A stretch of DNA of 64,000 nt from Acidimicrobiia bacterium (GTDB lineage: Bacteria > Actinomycetota > Acidimicrobiia > Spongiisociales > JAENVV01): NCBI GenBank assembly GCA_016650365.1, contig JAENVV010000313.1:3786-67785 (forward strand). The letters are read 5' to 3'. The translations under genes and the position numbers were made by a program. A model generated the notes under the pieces. It did not search any database. It was not told where the DNA came from and worked only from the letters and a program-made list of their open reading frames with translations. Below, piece by piece: positions 55,247-64,000 of this stretch. Position 1 is the stretch's first letter. The number at the start of each line of letters is the position of its first letter.

Positions 55247-56212
55247 CTAGTTCAGGGCGAGAGCGTCAATGAACTTCTGAAGACGTTCACGAGTTACGAA
55301 CTGGATACGCGGTTCAGCCTTTTCCATCTGATATACGCTGAACGGTCCGTATTTGTCCGAGACCAGTAGGCCACGGTCGGCTCTCGAAGATAGAAAGTCA
55401 ACCAGAAAGGTTCGCATGTCTTTCTCGTCTAGCTCCGGAGAATCATCGGCCTCGTGGGATACCTGACGGACAAACGTGACAGACCCGCCTTTGTCGGCGG
55501 TGTAGGTATCAGGTATGCCCCCGTCGACGACGGCATACCCAAACAACCTCAGCAGACCGGCCACCAGTTGACCCGAGTCCATCTCAGCCGGATCGATTCC
55601 CTGACCGCGTAAGCCAACTTCAACCGCCTTTGGGATACGAAGCTCGCCGCCAATCGGACCAAGCGTGTCCGAGCGGGACTTCGTAACGGTGGAGGGCACT
55701 TCGCTGTCACCCTCGAACTGTGCATCAATCGGGTCGAATCCCACGTGCCCGAGGTGGAGTTGTGGGGCGGCCACGAGCGGTGGAGGAAGCTCTCCTCGCG
55801 TCGGTAGCTCCATCGTACCGACCTTGATCGGATCGCCGCCGCGACCTGCAAAGGCGGTCACTTTGCTGACTTGAGTGATGGGAAGGGTGTGTTGCTTCTC
55901 GCGCACAACCTCAAGCGCTTCGGCGACCAGGAGTTCTTGCATGACCTCATCGGCGCCGCCCGCCGGCAGGGGCACGTCGAACGTCACCTCGGCAACATCA
56001 TCACGAACATGGAAAGCAACCACCGTCGGGCGGGGCCGCTCATGGACAACGATGTCGCGGTCTTTGGAACCGGCCTTGGAACGAACCGGCATCCCGGCGT
56101 CTTTGAGAGCGGCTTTGCGAGCTTCGGAACTACGCCTGAGCAGAAACCACACCACCAGCAGGGCAAAGGCAAAAATCAACGTCGGCGTCAGCAACTCCAC
56201 AGGTTCCTCCAT
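55247..56212 (-). CDS. hypothetical membrane-anchored protein
   Basis: N-terminal TM segment (LLTPTLIFAFALLVVWFLL) plus a soluble domain of about 280 aa of unknown family. Confidence 0.4.
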   Translation of the reverse strand: MEEPVELLTPTLIFAFALLVVWFLLRRSSEARKAALKDAGMPVRSKAGSKDRDIVVHERPRPTVVAFHVRDDVAEVTFDVPLPAGGADEVMQELLVAEALEVVREKQHTLPITQVSKVTAFAGRGGDPIKVGTMELPTRGELPPPLVAAPQLHLGHVGFDPIDAQFEGDSEVPSTVTKSRSDTLGPIGGELRIPKAVEVGLRGQGIDPAEMDSGQLVAGLLRLFGYAVVDGGIPDTYTADKGGSVTFVRQVSHEADDSPELDEKDMRTFLVDFLSSRADRGLLVSDKYGPFSVYQMEKAEPRIQFVTRERLQKFIDALALN

Positions 56213-56275
56213 TTGACTGCGTGTGGTCAGTCTAGAGGCCCTCCCCGAGGGCCTGGTTACAGCGCGATAAGAAGG

Positions 56276-56617
56276 CTAGGAGGCCCTACGAATTCGAGCT
56301 GCGATGGACCGTTCTTTTCGAATCTTGCGACGTTCGCGTTCGGAAAGGCCACCCCAAATACCAAACTTCTCCGACTGCGTGATGGCGAACTCGAGACACT
56401 CGGTTTGGACGTCGCACGCGTTGCAGATCGCTTTGGCTTTTCGGGTAGATGCGCCTCGCTCGGGGAAGAACAAGTCGGCGTCTGCCCCACGGCAGTTTGA
56501 ATAGTCCTGCCAGGACAGATCGTCGACTGCGAGCGCGTCAATCAATGTTCGATGCAAAGGTAAACCCCTAAACCTTGTAATTACACCGATGTGATTGTGC
56601 ATGGTCCCGCGCGACAT
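56276..56617 (-). CDS. WhiB-family transcriptional regulator (4Fe-4S)
   Basis: Four Cys in CRGADADLFFPERG...AKAICNACDVQTECLEFAI, plus GIWGGLSERERR. Confidence 0.8.
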   Translation of the reverse strand: MSRGTMHNHIGVITRFRGLPLHRTLIDALAVDDLSWQDYSNCRGADADLFFPERGASTRKAKAICNACDVQTECLEFAITQSEKFGIWGGLSERERRKIRKERSIAARIRRAS

Positions 56618-56751
56618 GTCAAGACGGATTCTCTCAAACGGCCGCTACCGTTCTAGAGTTTTGCGGGCAGTCAACAAATCGCGACGCAAAGCGCCCCCCA
56701 ATCCCATCGGGTGTTGTAGGTTTGACGCCGAGCTTCACCTAGGAGGACCCA

Positions 56752-57468
56752 GTGGCCGTAACCGATTCTCCCGCTAGGAGTCGCCGGAGCTATTGGCTCC
56801 TCGACTTATATGGATCGGGGGTCGGAAAGAAGTGGGCCATGGCCCTTTCTGGAATCGTGCTCCTCGGATTTGTGGTGGCCCACATGATCGGAAACCTGCA
56901 CATGTACCAGGGTGCGGCCGAGATGAATGAATACGGCGAGTACCTGCGTGAGATTGGGGCACCGATCATCCCCCACACCGTGTTTCTCTGGCTGATCCGC
57001 CTCCCCCTGGCTGCGGCCTTCGTCATCCACATTCATGCGGCCTACGCCCTGACCGTCACCAATCACCACGCCACCATCGACAAGTACAAACAACCGAGGG
57101 AGTGGCTGGCTGCCAGCTATGCGTCACGTACGATGCGGTATTCAGGCGTGATCGTTCTTCTGTTCGTTGCCTGGCATTTGGCCGACCTCACCCTCGGATG
57201 GCTCAACCCTGACTTCATCCCAGGCGCGCCGTACGAGAACGCCGTGGTGAGCCTTTCGAACGTTGGAATCGGGATCCTTTACATCATCGCCAACATCGCG
57301 CTTGGCATGCACATCTTCCATGGCGCCTGGAGCTTGTTCCAGTCGATCGGAGTGAATAACCCCCGGTTCAATCAATGGCGCAGATGGCTGGCACAAGGCC
57401 TCGCCACCCTCATCGTCATTGGCAACATCAGCTTTCCGGTCATGATCATGACCGGCCAGGTCAGCTAG
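56752..57468 (+). CDS. sdhC: succinate dehydrogenase / fumarate reductase cytochrome b subunit
   Basis: 238 aa, 5 TM segments, conserved His. GTG start with an AGGAGG Shine-Dalgarno, immediately upstream of sdhA. Confidence 0.75.
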   Translation: MAVTDSPARSRRSYWLLDLYGSGVGKKWAMALSGIVLLGFVVAHMIGNLHMYQGAAEMNEYGEYLREIGAPIIPHTVFLWLIRLPLAAAFVIHIHAAYALTVTNHHATIDKYKQPREWLAASYASRTMRYSGVIVLLFVAWHLADLTLGWLNPDFIPGAPYENAVVSLSNVGIGILYIIANIALGMHIFHGAWSLFQSIGVNNPRFNQWRRWLAQGLATLIVIGNISFPVMIMTGQVS

Positions 57469-57481
57469 AGGAGCCCCGACC

Positions 57482-59404
57482 ATGCCCTTGGAACTCGACT
57501 CGAAAGTTCCCGACGGTGACATCGACACCATGTGGGAGAACCACAAGTTCGACATGAAACTGGTGAACCCGAACAACAAACGCAAGTTCAACATCATCGT
57601 CGTAGGGACCGGTCTGGCCGGCGCCTCGGCGGCTGCTTCGTTGGCCGAGCTTGGCTACAACGTCAAGGCATTCACCTATCACGACTCCCCCCGTCGGGCC
57701 CACTCGATTGCCGCCCAGGGTGGCATCAATGCGGCCAAGAACTACCACGGTGACGGTGACTCCGTGTTCCGCTTGTTCTATGACACGGTCAAGGGAGGTG
57801 ACTACCGGTCCCGTGAAGAAAACGTGTACCGGCTCGCCGAGGTGAGTTTGAACATCATCGACCAGGCCACTGCCCAGGGAGTGCCGTTTGCCCGCGAGTA
57901 TGGCGGCAAACTCGATAACCGTTCGTTTGGTGGAGCCCAGGTGTCGCGGACCTTCTATGCCAGGGGCCAGACCGGACAGCAACTTCTGCTCGGCGCCTAC
58001 CAGTCCCTCGCCAGAGTGGTGGGGTTGGGTCAGGTCGAAATGCACACCCGCACCGAGATGCTCGATGTGGTCGTCAAAGACGGACGGGCGGTCGGCATTG
58101 TTACCCGCAACCTGATCACCGGTGAGATCGAATCACATTCGGCTCATGCGGTTGTCCTGGCGACCGGGGGCTACTCCAACGTCTACTACCTGTCGACCAA
58201 CGCCATGGCCTGCAACGCAACTGCCATCTGGCGAGCTCATCGGCGCGGGGCGGCTTTCGCCAACCCGTGTTACACCCAGATTCATCCGACGTGCATTCCG
58301 TCGGCCGAAGAGTTCCAGTCCAAGCTAACGCTTATGTCCGAATCGTTGCGCAACGACGGTCGCATCTGGGTCTCCAAGAAGGCCGGCGACACCCGCAAGG
58401 CAAAAGAGATTCCAGAAGACGAGCGGGACTACTACCTCGAGCGCCGCTACCCGGCGTTCGGCAACCTGGTGCCCCGCGACGTTGCATCTCGCAATGCCGA
58501 ATCGATGATCAACGAGGGCAAAGGGGTGGGGCCGCTCAAGAACGGCGTGTATCTCGATTTCGCCGACCCGATCAAGCGTCTCGGGGAAGACACCATCCGG
58601 GAACGCTACGGCAACCTGTTCGAGATGTACCACCGCATCACCGATGAAAACCCATACGAGACTCCGATGCGCATCTACCCAGCTCCGCACTACACGATGG
58701 GCGGCCTGTGGGTGGACTATCACCTGATGACCAACATTCCCGGTCTCTATGCCATCGGCGAGGCCAACTTCTCAGATCACGGTGCCAACCGCCTGGGCGC
58801 CTCGGCACTCATGCAGGGACTGGCGGACGGATACTTCGTGCTGCCATACACGATCAGCGATTACCTGGCGGGCATGCTCGGCGACCCGGTTGTCCCGACG
58901 GATGATCCGGCTTTCACGGAAATCGAGGCAGAAGTCGCCGACCGAACCAACCATTGGCTCTCGATCAAAGGCACTCGCTCGGCCGACTACTTCCATCGGG
59001 AACTCGGCAAGATCATGATTGCCCACTGTGGCATGTCCCGCAACGAAGCCGGTCTCAAGCAGGCACTCATCGAGATTCCGGCGCTCTATGAGGAGTTCAA
59101 GAAGGACGTGAAGGTGCTCGGCAGCGCCGAGACCTTCAACCAGTCGCTCGAGAACGTCCAACGGGTCGATGACTATTTCCAGCTTGCCGAACTGATGTGC
59201 CTGGATGCTCTCGAACGAGCCGAATCATGTGGTGGTCATTACCGGGAGGAGTCCCAGACCGAAGACGGCGAAGCGTTGCGCAACGACGACGACTTCGCCT
59301 ACGTCGCCGCCTGGGGCTGGACCGGTGATCCCGGCAAAGCCGATCTCACCAAAGAACCGCTCGAGTTCAAATACGTGAAACTATCACAGAGGAGCTACAA
59401 GTAA
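57482..59404 (+). CDS. sdhA: succinate dehydrogenase / fumarate reductase flavoprotein subunit
   Basis: 640 aa with FAD-binding [10 protein letters not shown] and the catalytic RSHS-type motifs. Confidence 0.95.
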   Translation: MPLELDSKVPDGDIDTMWENHKFDMKLVNPNNKRKFNIIVVGTGLAGASAAASLAELGYNVKAFTYHDSPRRAHSIAAQGGINAAKNYHGDGDSVFRLFYDTVKGGDYRSREENVYRLAEVSLNIIDQATAQGVPFAREYGGKLDNRSFGGAQVSRTFYARGQTGQQLLLGAYQSLARVVGLGQVEMHTRTEMLDVVVKDGRAVGIVTRNLITGEIESHSAHAVVLATGGYSNVYYLSTNAMACNATAIWRAHRRGAAFANPCYTQIHPTCIPSAEEFQSKLTLMSESLRNDGRIWVSKKAGDTRKAKEIPEDERDYYLERRYPAFGNLVPRDVASRNAESMINEGKGVGPLKNGVYLDFADPIKRLGEDTIRERYGNLFEMYHRITDENPYETPMRIYPAPHYTMGGLWVDYHLMTNIPGLYAIGEANFSDHGANRLGASALMQGLADGYFVLPYTISDYLAGMLGDPVVPTDDPAFTEIEAEVADRTNHWLSIKGTRSADYFHRELGKIMIAHCGMSRNEAGLKQALIEIPALYEEFKKDVKVLGSAETFNQSLENVQRVDDYFQLAELMCLDALERAESCGGHYREESQTEDGEALRNDDDFAYVAAWGWTGDPGKADLTKEPLEFKYVKLSQRSYK

Positions 59405-60168
59405 TGGACCTCACGCTTCAGGTATGGCGCCAGTCAGGACCAAACGCCCCCGGGCGGCTTGTGGAGTATCCAGCCAAGGACATCAGCCCCGACATGTCGT
59501 TCCTCGAAATGCTCGACATCGTCAACGAGGGTCTCAATACCCAGGGGATCGAACCAATCAGCTTTGACCACGACTGCCGTGAGGGAATCTGCGGCATGTG
59601 CGGGCTCATGATCAATGGCCTGGCTCACGGTCCGCAGCTCGGGACCGCAACCTGCCAGCTCCACATGCGAAAGTTCAAGGATGGCGACACGATTGTCATC
59701 GAGCCATGGAAGGCAACCGGGTTCCCGATCGTGCGCGACCTGGCCGTGGACCGGAGCACCTTCGATCGGATCATCGAAGCCGGAGGTTTCATCACGGTAC
59801 CGACCGGATCGGCCTCGGAAGCCAACCTGACCCTGGTTCCCAAAGAAGTTGCCGAGTGGTCGATGGATGCAGCGGCCTGCATCGGATGTGGCGCTTGCGT
59901 GGCTGCCTGCCCCAACTCTGCCGCGCAGCTGTTCACAGCCGCCAAGATCGCTCACCTCTCGCTGCTCCCCCAGGGTCAGCCAGAGCGCTGGACCAGGGTG
60001 GAGGCGATGGTCGACAAGATGGAAGAGTTCTTCGGCTCCTGCACGAACACTGGCGAGTGCGAAACGGCCTGCCCGAAGGAAATCTCGATTGATTTCATCG
60101 CCCTCATGAACAAGGACTACATGAAGGCCAAGTTCAAGAATCGACGCTTGGTCTCTCAGACCGGCTGA
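59404..60168 (+). CDS. sdhB: succinate dehydrogenase / fumarate reductase iron-sulfur subunit
   Basis: 254 aa with 2Fe-2S and 4Fe-4S/3Fe-4S Cys clusters (CxxGxCGxC; [12 protein letters not shown]; [12 protein letters not shown]). Confidence 0.9.
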   Translation: MDLTLQVWRQSGPNAPGRLVEYPAKDISPDMSFLEMLDIVNEGLNTQGIEPISFDHDCREGICGMCGLMINGLAHGPQLGTATCQLHMRKFKDGDTIVIEPWKATGFPIVRDLAVDRSTFDRIIEAGGFITVPTGSASEANLTLVPKEVAEWSMDAAACIGCGACVAACPNSAAQLFTAAKIAHLSLLPQGQPERWTRVEAMVDKMEEFFGSCTNTGECETACPKEISIDFIALMNKDYMKAKFKNRRLVSQTG

Positions 60169-60421
60169 TCGCTCGGGGCCGCCTGGGCTGCTGGCAGATT
60201 TTGCCTATGTAACAGTTGGCCGGCTGCGTCCACTGATTTGATAGAAACCGCTTGAGGAAACTGGCAGATTGCCGATTATTTGAGTATTGGTTAAGCCACA
60301 AGCTGCGACTACTCTGCGTAGCGCTGGGCCGGACGTATGGAACCGATGGCGGTACCGACTCCGGCTGATGTCGGAACAGGGACGGACGGAATAGGGGGAG
60401 CGCTGTCAAGGCGCTGGACGG

Positions 60422-60868
60422 ATGAGAACACTTTTGAAGAAACTTCGTAACCGTGGCAAAGACGAACGCGGCGCCGCCCTCGTCGAGTTTGCAATCATCA
60501 TGCCTCTCTTACTTACTCTGGTTCTTGGAATCGTGGAATTCGGCTGGCTTCTGTCCAACGACCTCGACATCCGCCATGGAGCCCGGGAAGCCGCCCGGCA
60601 AGCCGCTGTCAACGCTGGCTCTGTGGCGACAATGGGGGCCACGACCTGCGATTCGATGAACCTGGCAACCGGCGAAGTTATTACCTTCACACAAATCGGA
60701 GGCTCGGGAATTGGCTCAGAGGCTGAGGTAAAGGTCAGACTCGACCCCTTCAACTCCCTGACAAGCTTCTTTGGGGGGCTCATGCCGGCTGACAGGGAAC
60801 AGGTCGTACGGATCAGACTTGAGCAGCCTGCGACATGGGCGAGTGGAGGAACCTACACATGTCCCTAG
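60422..60868 (+). CDS. TadE/TadG-like pilus assembly protein
   Basis: ERGAALVEFAIIMPLLLTLVLGIVEFG, the TadE-like N-terminal hydrophobic segment. Confidence 0.6.
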   Translation: MRTLLKKLRNRGKDERGAALVEFAIIMPLLLTLVLGIVEFGWLLSNDLDIRHGAREAARQAAVNAGSVATMGATTCDSMNLATGEVITFTQIGGSGIGSEAEVKVRLDPFNSLTSFFGGLMPADREQVVRIRLEQPATWASGGTYTCP

Positions 60869-62364
60869 CTCGTCTCAAGGACGAACGTGGCGCAACCGCC
60901 ATTCTGGTGGCCACCATGATGATCTTCCTCCTCGGGATGGCAGCCTTGGCCATTGACGTAGGATTTGGCTTCAACGAACGCCGGCAGGACCAAACCGCCG
61001 CCGACGCTGGGGCGCTCGCAGCAGCCGTCGAAGCGAAGGTGCTCGGCAACACGAACGGTGTCGTTACCGAAGCTCTCGACTACGTCCGAGCGAACCTCGA
61101 CACCACGTACACCAACGCCGAATGGGAGGCCATGTGGCTCGCCTGCACGGACCCCGAAAAGAGCGTTGCTCCTCTGGCTGCCTACAACTTCATCCCTGTA
61201 AGTACGCCGACATCATGGACGTCCTCAGGCACGTTGGACTGCATGAGCATCTCGTCGGCCGGGTACTTCCGCGTCAACGTCCCTGACCAAATCGTCGAGA
61301 CAACTTTCGGCAAGGTGTTAGGAGTCAGCCAACTGACGACGAGCGCTGATGCTATCAGTCGCCTAGCCGGGGTCGGTACGGGCGGCATCCTTCCCTTCGG
61401 ACTCCCTGCATCCATCGGCGAAGGAAACCACTCCTGTTTGAGCTCGGGACCAAAAGGAAATGCTGAGCCGCCGTGTGATGGCGCCGCGAACGGGAACTTT
61501 GGTGTGCTCAAAGCGAGATTGTTCGGCAATACGACCATGGGTACACCACAGAACTGCACAGCATCCCCGCTGGGCCAAGTCCTCGCAGTAAACATTGCTG
61601 CGGGCCTTGATCACTGGGTAACACTCGACGGAGACGGCCTCAACAGCAACGAGGTCCGAGATGTATGCGCCAACGAAGGCCAGGGTGTCGACACCCTGAA
61701 CACGGATACAGGATTCCCAGGCAACGGTGCCGAGGAGGGTCTCGCGACCGGTCCGGTCAACTACGGTTTTGCGCCTCGCCTACAGCAAGGCCCCCCAGGT
61801 GACCGCGCCAGCCGATTCGGATACCAGTTGAACGATAAACCGCTGTGGGCTTATCTGGTGGGCGGCCTCCAATCAATCACTCCGGGTCCTACGTTCGTGC
61901 CCGCCGCCTGCCTTGGGTTCGACAACGTCACAGAGTCGGACTTCGATTGGGACAGTGACGGAACGCTAGACCGCCCCGAGTCGTGGCAGCACATGGCCAC
62001 TTGTTTGACTAATTACGTGGCAGGGTCCTACTCCGCTGTCATGTTCACCGAGACCTTGGAGACCAACCCCAGGTTCGCCTATGTACCTCAATTCTATGAA
62101 GACGCCCTCGGCAATGGCAGTTCCTGGCTGCACATAAAACGCTTCAAAGCCATTTTCATCCAGGGAACCTGGTGGAAAAAGAGCGGGGCGACCCTGGCTT
62201 TTCATCCGGGCGAGATATGTGCTGGATGCAGCGCCAACGGCTACTCGATGCTTCAGCTTTCGGGATTCATCATGCCAGACAATGCTCTCCCGACATCGTT
62301 ACGCGCTGACCCCCCACCGGGTGGGGGCTTCGGACCCTACGACGACGTCGAACTCTGGCGTTAG
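60859..62364 (+). CDS. TadG-like (Tad N-terminal domain) protein with Cys-containing C-terminal region
   Basis: ERGATAILVATMMIFLLGMAALAIDVG, then about 440 aa of unknown fold. Overlaps the TadE-like gene by 10 nt. Confidence 0.5.
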   Translation: MSLARLKDERGATAILVATMMIFLLGMAALAIDVGFGFNERRQDQTAADAGALAAAVEAKVLGNTNGVVTEALDYVRANLDTTYTNAEWEAMWLACTDPEKSVAPLAAYNFIPVSTPTSWTSSGTLDCMSISSAGYFRVNVPDQIVETTFGKVLGVSQLTTSADAISRLAGVGTGGILPFGLPASIGEGNHSCLSSGPKGNAEPPCDGAANGNFGVLKARLFGNTTMGTPQNCTASPLGQVLAVNIAAGLDHWVTLDGDGLNSNEVRDVCANEGQGVDTLNTDTGFPGNGAEEGLATGPVNYGFAPRLQQGPPGDRASRFGYQLNDKPLWAYLVGGLQSITPGPTFVPAACLGFDNVTESDFDWDSDGTLDRPESWQHMATCLTNYVAGSYSAVMFTETLETNPRFAYVPQFYEDALGNGSSWLHIKRFKAIFIQGTWWKKSGATLAFHPGEICAGCSANGYSMLQLSGFIMPDNALPTSLRADPPPGGGFGPYDDVELWR

Positions 62365-62456
62365 CTGGACTGATTAACTCGGGTGCTCTCGCGGTTGCGA
62401 AGTTAACCGCTGCTAACCTTGCCGCGGTTCAAGACACCAATGAGGAGAAGCCGGTT

Positions 62457-62843
62457 ATGGCCGTACAGTTTTTGAGTGAAGAGTGGGCGGCTGCCTACAG
62501 CGAAGCCCTTGCATCGCATGACGGGTTTCAAGGTGCCATTGCGAGCGCCAACCTGGGTCTGCAGTTCAATGTGAGTGACGCGCCCTCCGGGCCGGTTGGC
62601 TACTACATCTCGATTTCGAACGGGTCGGCCAATGTCGCCCTCGGCGAACTCGAAGCTGCCGACGCCACGATCGCTTCCGATTATGAGACAGCTGCTGGCA
62701 TTTCCAAAGGTGACATGAACACGCAGACCGCCTTTATGACCGGCAAAATCAAGGTCACCGGCAACCTGGCAGTCCTCATGATGAACCAAAACATCATCAG
62801 CCAATGGGGCTCCGCCGGCGAATCCCTCGACGTCGCCTACTAA
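62457..62843 (+). CDS. SCP-2 sterol-transfer family protein
   Basis: 128 aa, with the C-terminus AFMTGKIKVTGNLAVLMM typical of SCP2 domains. Confidence 0.7.
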   Translation: MAVQFLSEEWAAAYSEALASHDGFQGAIASANLGLQFNVSDAPSGPVGYYISISNGSANVALGELEAADATIASDYETAAGISKGDMNTQTAFMTGKIKVTGNLAVLMMNQNIISQWGSAGESLDVAY

Positions 62844-62857
62844 CCCACACAAGTACT

Positions 62858-62914
62858 GGAACCCTGGGTTCAACCCCGGGTTCCAACACCCACTATCGGG
62901 CGCTGGGGCCCTCA
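62858..62914. repeat. REP-like compound palindromic element, copy B (degenerate)
   Basis: GGAACCCTGGGTTCAACCCCGGGTTCC...CGCTGGGGCCC, related to the element at 34373. Confidence 0.6.
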
Positions 62915-62940
62915 GAAGAGACAGAAGCACCCGTGTTTTC

Positions 62941-62995
62941 AACCCTGGGTTGAACCCAGGGTTCACGCGCCCGAAATCGGGAGCTGGGGCCCACA
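62941..62995. repeat. REP-like compound palindromic element, copy C
   Basis: AACCCTGGGTTGAACCCAGGGTTCACGCGCCCGAAATCGGGAGCTGGGGCCC, a near-identical arrangement to copy A. Confidence 0.7.
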
Positions 62996-63006
62996 GTATG
63001 GGAGGG

Positions 63007-63921
63007 TCAGGCTGCCGACCTGGCCGCGAGCGCTTTGACGACCTGTTCGGCCACCTCATCCGGTCGATCTTTTACGTCTTCCATCGTGAACCGGATCACG
63101 ACCCAACCATTGGTCGCGGCTACCCGGTCACGTTGCCGATCCCTATCGAAGTCGTCGACTCGGGTGTGCCAACGACGCGAATCCCACTCGATTGCCAGAC
63201 GTCGATCGGGAAAGGCCACATCAAAACGCCAGGTCGGCGCGAAGGCCGGAGAATATTGAGTTTCGGACCCACTGATTCCCGCCATGCTCAAAGCGGCGAG
63301 GCCCAGACGTTCAAGAGGAGTGGCGTCCGGATCGGTACCTGCCTGGCGTGACTCTACGAGTTCGCGCATGACTGATGTGCCGACTCTGCCGCGACGACCG
63401 ACATCGAGAAGCACCGTCTCAAGCCGAGCGATGCTCGTACGGCCGCCAGTCACCAAATCGTCGACTATCTGTGCCAACGCCAGTGCACCGACTCGCGACG
63501 CAAGGTCGAAGACCGTGCGCTCGAGGTTGGTGACCGAGCACCCGGACAGCCTTGCGACGTGGCTGGTCAACAAGTCATCTGTCCGATGAACGATCACCCC
63601 CGGAAACCGATGAGTCGCCGAACGCGGCACCGTAACCGAACATCGGCCGTGGCTGAAGCCGGCAATATTGTGAAGCATCGCAGCCGACTCATGAGACACC
63701 ACGGATCCAGGAAGAGCCGCGAGCGCTCCTCGCAAAGTCTCAAGTCGGTCGCCGGGTTCAAAGACGCGATACACCCCGTTGGCCACTTTTCGAATATCTC
63801 CGACCTCGAGCCGTCGAGAAATCGCAGAGGACGTAAGCCCCAATTCGAGGAGCTGATCACGTCGGACGACCCCACCTTGGCGGGCGGCTAGTTGAGCGAA
63901 TGCCTGATTCGTTGATGCCAT
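63007..63921 (-). CDS. DUF559 (Vsr-like endonuclease fold) protein with AbiEi-like N-terminal domain
   Basis: The C-terminus RRLAIEWDSRRWHTRVDDFDRDRQRDRVAATNGWVVIRFT is typical of the DUF559 family abundant in Actinobacteria. The start is assigned to internal MASTNQAF. Confidence 0.5.
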   Translation of the reverse strand: MASTNQAFAQLAARQGGVVRRDQLLELGLTSSAISRRLEVGDIRKVANGVYRVFEPGDRLETLRGALAALPGSVVSHESAAMLHNIAGFSHGRCSVTVPRSATHRFPGVIVHRTDDLLTSHVARLSGCSVTNLERTVFDLASRVGALALAQIVDDLVTGGRTSIARLETVLLDVGRRGRVGTSVMRELVESRQAGTDPDATPLERLGLAALSMAGISGSETQYSPAFAPTWRFDVAFPDRRLAIEWDSRRWHTRVDDFDRDRQRDRVAATNGWVVIRFTMEDVKDRPDEVAEQVVKALAARSAA

Positions 63922-64000
63922 GCGCCATGTTCCGGCATCTCGCGCCAGAAATCTAGAGGGTCGCCACAAACAACCGAGGGCTGGAGCGCCCGATAACGGG

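Noticed and set aside
60338-60448. A 36-aa ORF upstream of the TadE-like gene, considered as a possible Flp pilin.
   Set aside because: The translation (MEPMAVPTPADVGTGTDGIGGALSRRW...) lacks the hydrophobic Flp core and the Gly processing motif, and it has no Shine-Dalgarno.

Overview
This window is a high-GC (about 63-65% by eye) Actinobacteria-type chromosomal segment dominated by the core translation and transcription locus, almost entirely on the minus strand. Gene order is reported 5' to 3' on the coding strand, which for minus-strand genes runs high to low coordinates. Taxonomic inference rests on gene content and synteny only: WhiB, an LprG-like lipoprotein/MFS pair, and the order rplM-rpsI-glmM ... 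acpS-nnr-alr.

From high to low coordinates: the rpoB-rpoC operon (38.4-41.8 kb and 34.5-38.4 kb), then the str operon rpsL-rpsG-fusA (31.8-28.7 kb), which ends at its own terminator with no tuf downstream. An inserted lipoprotein gene follows, then an uninterrupted S10-spc-alpha super-operon running rpsJ to rplQ (27.9-12.7 kb). The rplM-rpsI-glmM-acpS-nnr-alr cluster occupies 6.1-1.0 kb. Many adjacent genes are translationally coupled by ATGA or GTGA stop/start overlaps.

Around this core are: an LprG-like lipoprotein/MFS pair, acs, truA, coaA, a NUDIX hydrolase, bioY, and a Liv-type ABC importer operon with an embedded acyl-CoA ligase. Further along are moaE, an HtrA-like PDZ protein whose catalytic Asp and Ser appear substituted, an AhpC/TSA peroxiredoxin with no canonical in-frame start codon, and an ECF sigma / ZAS anti-sigma / secreted protein / tatA module. 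These are followed by a WhiB regulator, sdhCAB, an orphan TadE/TadG-like pair, an SCP2 protein and a DUF559/AbiEi-like gene.

No tRNA, rRNA or CRISPR was found.

The most unusual items are:
- a ClpX-type C4 zinc finger fused to an imidazolonepropionase-like amidohydrolase;
- a three-copy family of compound palindromic REP-like intergenic elements;
- a four-copy 12-mer tandem array starting at the rpsG stop codon.

Start coordinates refined from the ORF track (by residue counting and adjacent stop/start overlaps) are approximate to within a few codons.
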